Of a DNA stretch of 14,508 bases, positions 1-7,111 are shown piece by piece (the stretch's first letter is position 1; the number at the start of each line of letters is the position of its first letter). The notes under the pieces are model-generated. The model ran no database searches, was not told where the DNA came from, and saw only the letters and a program-made list of their open reading frames with translations. The position numbers and the translations under genes were made by a program. Location of the stretch: the UHGV virus genome UHGV-0180765, one strand, 5' to 3'. This DNA comes from a virus.

Positions 1-27
1 ACTTATCCTTCTGCGCGGTTTTCGTGT

Positions 28-585
28 CTATACGATGCATGGATTACTCCGGATACCGCCAATCACCAGCCTGCCGTGCGGGTCGTCGTAAGCCAGTGCC
101 TGCTGCTGACCGAGTATTTTGTTGATTACCTCAATCACCGTTTCACCGTGATCAGGCTGAACATCAGGAATAACACCCGACGGCGCACCGCTGTTCACCA
201 CCTCAATGCCGAAAGGCGCAGCAAGCGCCTGCGCAATCTGCACCAGCGAGCGTCCGTTAAACTGTGTCGGTTCGGCTGCACAGTCAATCAGGTCAGCCGT
301 CAGACTACGTCCGGCAATACCGGTGCTGACCGAACGGGAATCGTAACGAACGGGCGTCGCCTCCACCCAGCCGGTGATCACCAGCTCATCACCAATCAGC
401 ACTTCCACTTTTGAACCGTTTTTAATGCGCGGCTGAAGCGTGGTGATACCCTCATCTCCCGGCCACTGGCGGGTGATCTCCACACTGAAATCCCGCGCCA
501 GCCGTTCAATACCGGCACCGATGCGCACCGATGTCCAGCCATTCCACTCCCGGCCATTTACCCGTAGCGTGACATTGTCGTTCAT
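28..585 (-). CDS. putative phage tail/baseplate protein (possibly a short or truncated Mu P / P2 gpD-like hub); assignment weak
   Basis: 185-aa ORF whose ATG (583-585) overlaps the stop of the upstream 507-aa ORF (ATGA coupling). Composition and gene order suggest a tail-module protein. It ends at a stop 27 nt from the window edge, much shorter than hub proteins of this family, so it may be frameshifted or truncated. No alignment was possible. Confidence 0.3.
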   Translation of the reverse strand: MNDNVTLRVNGREWNGWTSVRIGAGIERLARDFSVEITRQWPGDEGITTLQPRIKNGSKVEVLIGDELVITGWVEATPVRYDSRSVSTGIAGRSLTADLIDCAAEPTQFNGRSLVQIAQALAAPFGIEVVNSGAPSGVIPDVQPDHGETVIEVINKILGQQQALAYDDPHGRLVIGGIRSNPCIV

Positions 586-2105
586 TGCACTGGCACCTTC
601 AGAGGGATCACCGGCACAAAGCCGGGATGCGTAATGGCATTACGCCGGATAATGTCCGCGTCACGCGCCGCGTTATCAAACCAGGTCGCCGCCAGCACCA
701 GCGCGGGTAAAACCTCATCCGGTGTGCGCTGAATGATCCGTGCAGACTGTTCAAGGCGCGTGTTGATATCCGCATTCAGATCTGCTTTCACCCGGCGCAG
801 CGCCAGAAACAGCGCATCGCTGGTTGTACGGGACAACTCCTTATCAATTGCCGTATTCAGTGTGTCGCGAATGTCAGTCAGTTCTTCCCACGTCGGCAGG
901 TCAACCGTGTTTTTCACCGCCGGTGCATTGTTCAGTGCCGGATGCGTGACGGAAGGCCAGCCAGTGCTCTGCGCGGGTGTTGTTGCCTGCCCCACTGCGG
1001 AATTCTGCATCACCGCGGAAGTTGTTGGCGCAGGCAATCGGGTGACGGCATACGCCGCTTCGCTGATTGCGGTCGTACGAAGGGTGCTGGCAACCACGTT
1101 ACGCTGCTGCGTCGCCGTGGCGGTGGTTTTACTGTCCGTTTTCCAGACGCCGCGCGGTTGCAGATCGCTGCCGAGGCTGACACCGGAAAGCGTTTTGATC
1201 ATGGTGACCAGGTCGCTGGCGTTACCATAAAGGCGTTTCCCGGTACGCCACATTTTCTGCACCTGCTCAACGAAATTTTTGCCTGACGATGGCGGCGGCA
1301 GAAGTACCGAGATATCCCCCTGCAACAGCCTGGCGGCATCCGATACGGCAGAATCCACCACTTTCATCGCATCAGAAACATACCCAAGCATTGTGCTGGC
1401 ATTACCGATAACGTCGTTCTGCACGAAATCCGCCACACCATCGATACTGAAACCGCTGAAGCTGTCACTGATGCGGTCATCCAGTGCAGAACAGGATGAC
1501 ATCAGCGTCTGCGCCGTCGCCGCACCTGATGTGGGGTAAGAGAGTTCTCCTGCTTCGACAAACTTCAGGTCAAAGCGGACAATACGCCCTTCACTTTTCG
1601 ATGTGCTGACCCGAACTTCCCCGTCAACACAGACTTTCAGCTCACCATATGTCGGGTGGACAAGCGTGCCGGGACCGGGTTTATTCAGCGCTTCAATCAG
1701 GCGATCGCGCTGGTCAAAGCAGTCATCTCCCACCACATAAGCTGTGATGGACGGGCGGAAAGTGACTTTTCCCAGATCTTCGGTATGGCGTAACGACTGG
1801 ATAGTGGTGATATCACCGGTTACGACATCAACCAGGTCTTTGGTTTCATAACCGAGATATGTGTGTTTGAGAGCATCTTTTACCCAAGCTGGAGTGGCGA
1901 ACGTTTTACCCCTGCTGATGAGGTATTCACTGATTTCGCTGTACCACATGTGGCTGAGTGCATTCTGGGAAAGACTGCGTCTCTCGCGCCACGGTTTAAG
2001 CACCATGCGAAAGCATTTGCCGTCCTCCAGATAAGGCTGGATCTGCCGACCGATAGCGGTGAAGTTACCGCGATGCAATTTGATACCATCTTGTGGGAGG
2101 TTCAC
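582..2105 (-). CDS. putative Mu gp N-like DNA circulation / tail assembly protein
   Basis: 507-aa ORF with GTG start at 2105 preceded by GGAGGTG (RBS); Ser/Thr/Ala-rich central region; translationally coupled to the downstream 185-aa ORF. Size and gene order resemble the Mu N-P pair found in Mu-like tail modules of SfV-type phages. Family call is from memory and synteny only. Confidence 0.4.
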   Translation of the reverse strand: MNLPQDGIKLHRGNFTAIGRQIQPYLEDGKCFRMVLKPWRERRSLSQNALSHMWYSEISEYLISRGKTFATPAWVKDALKHTYLGYETKDLVDVVTGDITTIQSLRHTEDLGKVTFRPSITAYVVGDDCFDQRDRLIEALNKPGPGTLVHPTYGELKVCVDGEVRVSTSKSEGRIVRFDLKFVEAGELSYPTSGAATAQTLMSSCSALDDRISDSFSGFSIDGVADFVQNDVIGNASTMLGYVSDAMKVVDSAVSDAARLLQGDISVLLPPPSSGKNFVEQVQKMWRTGKRLYGNASDLVTMIKTLSGVSLGSDLQPRGVWKTDSKTTATATQQRNVVASTLRTTAISEAAYAVTRLPAPTTSAVMQNSAVGQATTPAQSTGWPSVTHPALNNAPAVKNTVDLPTWEELTDIRDTLNTAIDKELSRTTSDALFLALRRVKADLNADINTRLEQSARIIQRTPDEVLPALVLAATWFDNAARDADIIRRNAITHPGFVPVIPLKVPVQ

Positions 2106-2380
2106 GCTTCACCTCCGCAGAGGTCAAACGTTGGATGCAAGATATCGCAGGTGCATTTCTGCATCTGTGACTGGTTGAAAGGTGTTCTGATTGTCGTTTG
2201 CACTTTGAGTCCCCTCAAAGCGCAGAAGTCACCGGAGTTGTTCAGGCTCCGATGACATGATTATGGCGAGTTGATTATGATGAATCAATAGGTTCTTATG
2301 TCAAATGGACACTAGATCCAAAGGAGGGTAACAATTATCATAGCCAATGAGATTAATCTCATTTTTAATAAGGAAATTTC

Positions 2381-3799
2381 ATGAAATATTTCTCAACTGG
2401 TTTTTATGTTTCAAACTCCACATCTCTAGCTGAGATCTTTAATGAATGTTTTTCTTGGGTAAACGACTCACCACATACAACTTTTATTCCAGCACAATTA
2501 GTATGTGATTATAAAAGCGAGGAGTACTTCATAGAGTCTAAAAATGAAAGAATTGATATAATAACTTATAAAAACAAAGATACTAGTTTAGGCTGTTTTA
2601 GGTATTCGAAAATATCTGAGCCACACAAATGGGTAACAGATATTTCAATTAATAAAAATCTCAAAACTGATACCATGTGGATTCAGGTGGAATCTAGCGT
2701 TGTAAGCCAAGATGCAGCTTATCTAGCCCCGCAACCTAAGAAACCATTAGTTGTTATGAGATTGATTGATAAATTTCCTGGTGGTCTTGATGATATTTTC
2801 AAGGTGTCAGTCGAACCTCATTCCTTAGATGATACTGATGAACATTTAAATATAGCAGCTAAAGTTATAAATGGTGAAACTGACAACAGACTACCAATAA
2901 TATACGTTAGCTCCAAGTATTTTTTTAATGAACATGCTCACAATATCATCCCAGAACGCCTTGCAAGAAAGGTATGCGGATTAGCACATGTATTAATTGA
3001 GCCTAGCAATAGACTATTTTCTATTAAGCTAAAAAATGAGACAAATGCTAAAAATGCCTATGCTGGTGCTGTTGGTATCTATTGGCCACGGGGTCAAAAT
3101 ATCAGTTTTTATCGCCGTGGTGAGAAAACCGCAAAAGAATTTGAAGATGAGTTATTTGATGATGTTGTAAGAGCTACGACTACAATGGCTCCTGTCTCAG
3201 ATAGTGGATGGAGTGAGATACAAACCAGAAAAACGAAAGACTCTATTAACTCACTCAAAGAAAGAGGAGAATACACACGCGAACTGATGGCGCTTTACGA
3301 AGCCGATAATGTTGCGAAAGATGACCAAATAGAAGATCTTAAGCATAAGATCTCCTCTTTAGAGCACAGAGTACGCACTCTTCAATCACAAGCTTCAGCC
3401 CAAGGAAGCATTGCGCTTAATGCTGGTGAAGAGACTGACTTTTTTGATGGAGAAATCAAAAATATAATTATTGACGCACTAAAAACTGCCATAAAAAATA
3501 AAAATGAATTTGGTAGAAGCTACCATATCTTATCATCCCTAATTGCCAATAATGAATACAATAAAGAAACCGAGAGTCGCCGCCAATTACTTAAAAGGAC
3601 TTTAACAGGTTACAGAAGCATGGATAGCGCAACACAAAGAAATTTAAAGGACTTAGGTTTCAGTGCGTCAAGCGATGGAAAACACTGGAAGTTAACATAT
3701 AATGAAGACCCTCGATATTCCTATATTTTACCTAAAACAGGAAGTGACCACAGAGGTTCTTTAAATGCTATCTCGGATATAGCAAATATTATTTTCTAA
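2381..3799 (+). CDS. hypothetical protein, low-GC orphan gene (function unknown; candidate accessory/defence cargo)
   Basis: 472-aa ORF with AAGGAAA RBS 4-5 nt before ATG 2381. Strongly AT-rich relative to the flanking lambda-like genes (by eye, not computed). Opposite strand to both flanking operons. Predicted coiled-coil segment in the middle (LKHKISSLEHRVRTLQSQ). No family recognised. Confidence 0.7.
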   Translation: MKYFSTGFYVSNSTSLAEIFNECFSWVNDSPHTTFIPAQLVCDYKSEEYFIESKNERIDIITYKNKDTSLGCFRYSKISEPHKWVTDISINKNLKTDTMWIQVESSVVSQDAAYLAPQPKKPLVVMRLIDKFPGGLDDIFKVSVEPHSLDDTDEHLNIAAKVINGETDNRLPIIYVSSKYFFNEHAHNIIPERLARKVCGLAHVLIEPSNRLFSIKLKNETNAKNAYAGAVGIYWPRGQNISFYRRGEKTAKEFEDELFDDVVRATTTMAPVSDSGWSEIQTRKTKDSINSLKERGEYTRELMALYEADNVAKDDQIEDLKHKISSLEHRVRTLQSQASAQGSIALNAGEETDFFDGEIKNIIIDALKTAIKNKNEFGRSYHILSSLIANNEYNKETESRRQLLKRTLTGYRSMDSATQRNLKDLGFSASSDGKHWKLTYNEDPRYSYILPKTGSDHRGSLNAISDIANIIF

Positions 3800-3806
3800 T
3801 AAATTT

Positions 3807-3834
3807 CAATAGCACTCACAAATGAGTGCTATTG
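3807..3834. terminator. strong hairpin between convergent genes (putative bidirectional terminator)
   Basis: Inverted repeat caatagcactca / tgagtgctattg with 4-nt loop (caaa), 12 nt after the stop of the 472-aa ORF and 17 nt from the stop of the convergent 84-aa ORF. T-tracts on both sides are weak. Confidence 0.5.
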
Positions 3835-3850
3835 TTGCCACTGAATTATT

Positions 3851-4105
3851 CTATTTAAATTCAACTTTTATCCCTTTGTTTAGCAGGGCATCAGAAACTG
3901 CCTTTTTTGTAACATTTATCCCTGCAAGCAATGCTTTATGCATTGGTCCCTTAAAAATCTCTACTTCTTCTTCAGTGAGTTTAGGCAATGTAATATAAAT
4001 AACATCTTTCATCTGCTTGTTTTTATAGCATGAGCTTCTTGTGTGCTTACAATCGATATTTTCTTTATTTCCCAAAACATCATCCCCTTTATAATTCAGT
4101 TCCAC
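3851..4105 (-). CDS. hypothetical small protein (AT-rich), doubtful
   Basis: 84-aa ORF from GTG 4105 with no obvious RBS; an internal ATG at 4012 (53-aa product) has only a weak RBS. It lies in the low-GC island directly downstream of ren in the pR-direction transcript. Coding status uncertain. Confidence 0.3.
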   Translation of the reverse strand: MELNYKGDDVLGNKENIDCKHTRSSCYKNKQMKDVIYITLPKLTEEEVEIFKGPMHKALLAGINVTKKAVSDALLNKGIKVEFK

Positions 4106-4169
4106 ACATCAATTATTTAGTTATCACGAATGTCGTAAAACTAAAATTAGTAACAATAATTGCTCATAC

Positions 4170-4457
4170 CTACCCTCTTCCATATAAAGCCAACACCCGC
4201 TTCATCGCGGCACTTTGACGACACTCCTTAAAAATCAGATTCGTGCTCACCTTTCCTTCCCGTTCTTCTCTGGTAGCGAACCGGTAATACACCGTTCGCC
4301 AGACCTTACCATCAACGACCAGGATTCCTGCCCGCGCCATTTTAGCCGCAGCCTGATTTATGCTGGTTACGGTTGCGCCTGTTACCGCGGCAACGTCCTG
4401 CGCACAGAAGTTCTTATGAGTCCCCAGGTAATGAATAATTGCCTCTTTGCCCGTCAT
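4170..4457 (-). CDS. ren: Ren protein (lambda Ren family)
   Basis: 95-aa product MTGKEAIIHYLGTHKNFCAQDVAAVTGATVTSINQAAAKMARAG... matches lambda Ren as I recall it over essentially its full length. Its start overlaps the P stop (ATGA), as in lambda. Confidence 0.85.
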   Translation of the reverse strand: MTGKEAIIHYLGTHKNFCAQDVAAVTGATVTSINQAAAKMARAGILVVDGKVWRTVYYRFATREEREGKVSTNLIFKECRQSAAMKRVLALYGRG

Positions 4458-5155
4458 ACACTTGCTCCTTTCAGCCCAAACTTCGCTTTGATTTCTGCGA
4501 TCTTCGCCAGAGACTGAACACGATTAAGCGGTCTCCCGCCCATAACAGGAAGTTGTTTTACTGGTTCCGGTATCGCCTCACCACGGTTAATTCGCGCTGT
4601 CATACAGGCCAGTTCATCGGCAGCCTTGCGCCGTAATTCCGCATCAGTCAGCGCATTGGCCCGCATGTTCTGATACAGGTTGGTAACCAGCCAGTAGTGC
4701 GCGTTTGATTTCCACGGATAAGACTCTGCATCCGGATACAGGCCACGTTTCCGGCAATACTCGTAAACCATATCAACCAGCTCGCTGGCGTTTGGCAGCC
4801 CGGCGGTAACGGATGCTTCTTCCCGGCACCAGGCAACAAACTGCCCGGGTGATGGCAGGAATGGTCGATTCTGCCGACGGGCTACGCGCATTCCTGCGTT
4901 AACCTGTTCCATCGTGGTGATCCCGTTTTCCCGGAAAGCCAGAACCCACTGGCGGCGGATTTCGTTCAGTTCGTTCTGGTCCCGGTTAGCCAGGCTCGCC
5001 GGGAAAGTTGCCAGTAACTGGCTGAACACACCATTGATGATCTGCGCTACCTGTTGTACCTGCGGCTTTTCGTCGTACTGTTCCGGCATGTTGTTGGCGA
5101 TCCGGCGCATCTGCTCACGGTCAAAGTTAACCATCTGTGCGGCGATGTTTTTCAT
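4454..5155 (-). CDS. P: replication protein P (DnaB helicase loader)
   Basis: 233-aa product MKNIAAQMVNFDREQMRRIANNMPEQYDEKPQVQQVAQIINGVF... matches lambda P as recalled, at the same length. Its start overlaps the O stop (ATGA). Confidence 0.9.
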   Translation of the reverse strand: MKNIAAQMVNFDREQMRRIANNMPEQYDEKPQVQQVAQIINGVFSQLLATFPASLANRDQNELNEIRRQWVLAFRENGITTMEQVNAGMRVARRQNRPFLPSPGQFVAWCREEASVTAGLPNASELVDMVYEYCRKRGLYPDAESYPWKSNAHYWLVTNLYQNMRANALTDAELRRKAADELACMTARINRGEAIPEPVKQLPVMGGRPLNRVQSLAKIAEIKAKFGLKGASV

Positions 5156-6081
5156 AAATCCACCCCGTAAATCCAGTCAGTGTTTGTCAGGTCGAGTTTT
5201 GATTTTCCGGCTGTCACGCCAGCCTGTTGCTTGTTACGGTTGATTTCGAGTTGGGTCCACTTGTCGCGGAGTTTGGCCGGACTTAGCACGTTACCGGACC
5301 AGAAGTTGTCCTGGCATGCCCAGCGGAACAGCACGCACATGTCGCGGTGGTTACGGCCGTCACGTTCACGCATCAGGCGGATATCGTTAGCCCACCCTGC
5401 AAAATTCGGTTTTCTGGCTGATGGCGCGATGGTCTTCACCATGTCAAACATCCACTCTGCGGCGGTCAGGTCTTCTGCTGTCCCCCACTTGCTGCCACTC
5501 TGAATTGCAGCATCCGGTTTAACCACAGGAAGATCGTCTTCTGGTTGGTCAGAGGATTCGCCAGAATTCTCGGACGAAAAAGGTTTTATATTGTCTTTTG
5601 TTAGTTTGTCTTTTGTGTTTACCTGATTCGGGTAAACGCCTTTACCTGATTTGGGTAAACTTTTCTTACCTGATTCAGGTAAATTTACCTCTTTCAGGTA
5701 AACTTTATTTTTCTTACCTGATTCGGGTAATGTTGACCATTCACTGACCACATTATTAATGCCTATATTCCGCCCGCTCTGAATAAAAATCCCACGCTTT
5801 ACCAGAGCACTTTTTGCAGCAGAACACTTGTGCGGCAATATCCCGGTCAACTCGGAAAGTTGCTCGTTGCTCACCCAATCCAGTTTTTTATTAAAGCCAT
5901 ATGTTTTGCGCATGACAGCCAGGAAGACCAGAAGCTGGTGCTGTGTTAATCCGGCCAGCATTACAGCTTCCAGCAACTCATTTGCAATGCGCGTATAACC
6001 ATCATCGAGATCTGCCACGCGCGGCTCCTTTTGTGCCGCATCCGGCACAGGAAAATTGAATATCTCAGCAGTGTTTGCCAT
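5152..6081 (-). CDS. O: replication initiator O (hybrid: non-lambda N-terminal iteron-binding domain, lambda-like C-terminal P-interaction domain)
   Basis: Start placed at ATG 6079-6081, preceded by GGAGG plus 4 nt; the N-terminus MANTAEIFNF... parallels lambda O MTNTAKILNF.... The C-terminal half (SSENSGESSDQPEDDL...WIYGVDL) matches lambda O as recalled. The ori iterons lie inside the gene. The ORF track's longer start at 6171 is less likely. Confidence 0.85.
   Translation of the reverse strand: MANTAEIFNFPVPDAAQKEPRVADLDDGYTRIANELLEAVMLAGLTQHQLLVFLAVMRKTYGFNKKLDWVSNEQLSELTGILPHKCSAAKSALVKRGIFIQSGRNIGINNVVSEWSTLPESGKKNKVYLKEVNLPESGKKSLPKSGKGVYPNQVNTKDKLTKDNIKPFSSENSGESSDQPEDDLPVVKPDAAIQSGSKWGTAEDLTAAEWMFDMVKTIAPSARKPNFAGWANDIRLMRERDGRNHRDMCVLFRWACQDNFWSGNVLSPAKLRDKWTQLEINRNKQQAGVTAGKSKLDLTNTDWIYGVDL
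5618..5732. repeat. replication origin iterons (five ~19-bp direct repeats) with adjacent T-rich tract
   Basis: Five copies of TTACCTGATTCGGGTAA-like repeats starting near 5618, 5641, 5666, 5685 and 5714, each internally palindromic (TTACC...GGTAA). They are followed at 5591-5617 by a duplicated ttgtcttttg T-rich tract. Located inside the O linker region, as lambda ori is. Confidence 0.75.
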
Positions 6082-6167
6082 AATTCCTCCCGCAATGAGT
6101 GTGTTACGATTTGCACCTGAAAGTCGGTTCTGTTCCCGCAGACCGACTTTCGCCATTTTTGAACCTG

Positions 6168-6707
6168 TCATATTGCCCCCAACATGGTGGTAACCATCGC
6201 CATCAATGGACCAGCCAGATCCGGGTCCACACGAAACATCGACACAATACCTTCACTCATCTCCTTCAGTTTCTGGTGGCGTGGTGCGTTGAGAATGACA
6301 GCCTGTTTTGCCTCACTGAGTTCCTTTTCCATTTCAGCCAACCGAGTCATGAAGCTATCCTGCTCAACCAGGTAACCGCGATATTCCAGCGGTAGTACCG
6401 CCAGAATTGCCGGGGTCAGTTCACGCACGTTATTTCGGTATTTTTCAGAATCGAATTTGTTATCGAGGAAGCGGAACAGCTTCTGGCGTGCACGGCTGAC
6501 ATCATCAGGGAAATCGATGGTGCCGCCGCCCTGCTCCCGATACTCATTCACAATGAGTGCGGCAACAACATCCTGATTATCTGCAGCCGACCAGGCGCGG
6601 ACGGCATCACGGATTTTTTCGTGGCCTGGCACCTGTTTTGTTTGAGAACGATTTATCACCGCAGTCGGGCTAAATCCGCTAGTCTGTTGGTATGTAAGTG
6701 GTTGCAT
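6168..6707 (-). CDS. YdaT-like protein (CII-position regulator)
   Basis: 179-aa ORF with AAGGAG RBS 6 nt before ATG 6707. Lies between the cro-like gene and O, where cII sits in lambda. Motifs EYREQGGG and TPAILAVLPLEYR resemble the Rac prophage YdaT family as I recall it. Family call is from memory. Confidence 0.5.
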   Translation of the reverse strand: MQPLTYQQTSGFSPTAVINRSQTKQVPGHEKIRDAVRAWSAADNQDVVAALIVNEYREQGGGTIDFPDDVSRARQKLFRFLDNKFDSEKYRNNVRELTPAILAVLPLEYRGYLVEQDSFMTRLAEMEKELSEAKQAVILNAPRHQKLKEMSEGIVSMFRVDPDLAGPLMAMVTTMLGAI

Positions 6708-6752
6708 AATTGACTCCTTTAGTTTGAATTGACTGTTAAGTTGATTGCTTAT

Positions 6753-6765
6753 TGTTAAAGAGCGT
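6753..6765 (-). promoter_or_regulatory. boxA-like element (nutR-type) downstream of the cro-like gene
   Basis: The minus strand reads CGCTCTTTAACAA, the boxA consensus, 12 nt after the cro-like stop codon, where nutR sits in lambda. No convincing boxB hairpin was found next to it. Confidence 0.45.
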
Positions 6766-6776
6766 GAAATGGAAAT

Positions 6777-7007
6777 TTAAGCTGCGTTCTTTTCGGTGTG
6801 TGGAAACAACTTCGGAAGATCCGGGCGAATCTGGTATGCCTTCACTACTCCACCAGTAGCCGTAACAATGCTGCCGACATGTTCAGGGGATACCTTTGCT
6901 TTGTTGTGAAGCCACTTATAGACGGCCTGCTGTGAAACTTCGCAGGCAGCGCCCAGTTTCTTTTGTGAACCAACGATATTGATCGCTGTTTTGATAGCTG
7001 GGTTCAT
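6777..7007 (-). CDS. Cro/YdaS-family helix-turn-helix regulator
   Basis: 76-aa ORF with GGAGG RBS 5 nt before ATG 7007; an HTH-like segment (GSQKKLGAACEVSQQAVYKW); divergent from the CI-like repressor gene across an operator region. Confidence 0.6.
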   Translation of the reverse strand: MNPAIKTAINIVGSQKKLGAACEVSQQAVYKWLHNKAKVSPEHVGSIVTATGGVVKAYQIRPDLPKLFPHTEKNAA

Positions 7008-7111
7008 AACAACCTCCGTGGTTAATTCGAATCAAGATTAAAACTATGGTTGTTTTTAGTCAACAACCATTTTCGTTTGATAGAATAAAACCTTGGTTGT
7101 ACATTTGGACT
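7008..7111. promoter_or_regulatory. oR-type operator region with divergent pR (minus) and pRM (plus) promoters
   Basis: Perfect inverted repeat ATGGTTGTT-7nt-AACAACCAT at 7046-7070, plus further TGGTTGT/ACAACCA half-sites at 7008-7014, 7019-7025 (degenerate) and 7094-7100. Candidate pRM: -35 TTGATA 7077-7082, 17-nt spacer, -10 TACATT 7100-7105, placing the transcript start at or next to the cI ATG (leaderless, as for lambda pRM). Candidate pR on the minus strand: -35 TTGACT (plus 7058-7063) and -10 TTTAAT (plus 7037-7042). Confidence 0.6.

Noticed and set aside
76-2255. Plus-strand ORFs overlapping the two minus-strand tail-like genes (76-414, 440-634, 733-1230, 942-1286, 1279-1539, 1863-2255) and minus-strand 1880-2089
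   Set aside because: They lie antisense or out of frame inside longer, translationally coupled ORFs, have no convincing RBS, and are typical shadow ORFs of GC-rich coding sequence.
5591-5733. Tandem repeats inside O considered as a possible CRISPR array or mobile-element terminal repeat
   Set aside because: The repeats are about 19 bp, internally palindromic, irregularly spaced without unique spacers of uniform length, and lie inside the O reading frame where lambdoid ori iterons are expected.
6082-6171. Longer O start at 6171 (339 aa) overlapping the YdaT-like stop
   Set aside because: The ATG at 6081 has a near-ideal GGAGG RBS and its N-terminus aligns with the lambda O N-terminus; the 30 extra residues have no counterpart. 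The ATGA overlap at 6168-6171 is noted but judged coincidental.
4030-6395. Plus-strand ORFs (4030-4218, 4215-4517, 4439-4636, 4914-5243, 5180-5503, 6099-6395, 6184-6375) and minus-strand 4648-4839 overlapping ren, P, O and the YdaT-like gene
   Set aside because: They overlap genes identified by strong similarity to lambda proteins and are best explained as antisense or alternate-frame artefacts.
7046-7111. N-terminal extension of the repressor ORF starting at 7046
   Set aside because: That ATG is part of the operator palindrome; the candidate pRM -10 lies downstream of it, and the HTH domain begins right after the ATG at 7112.
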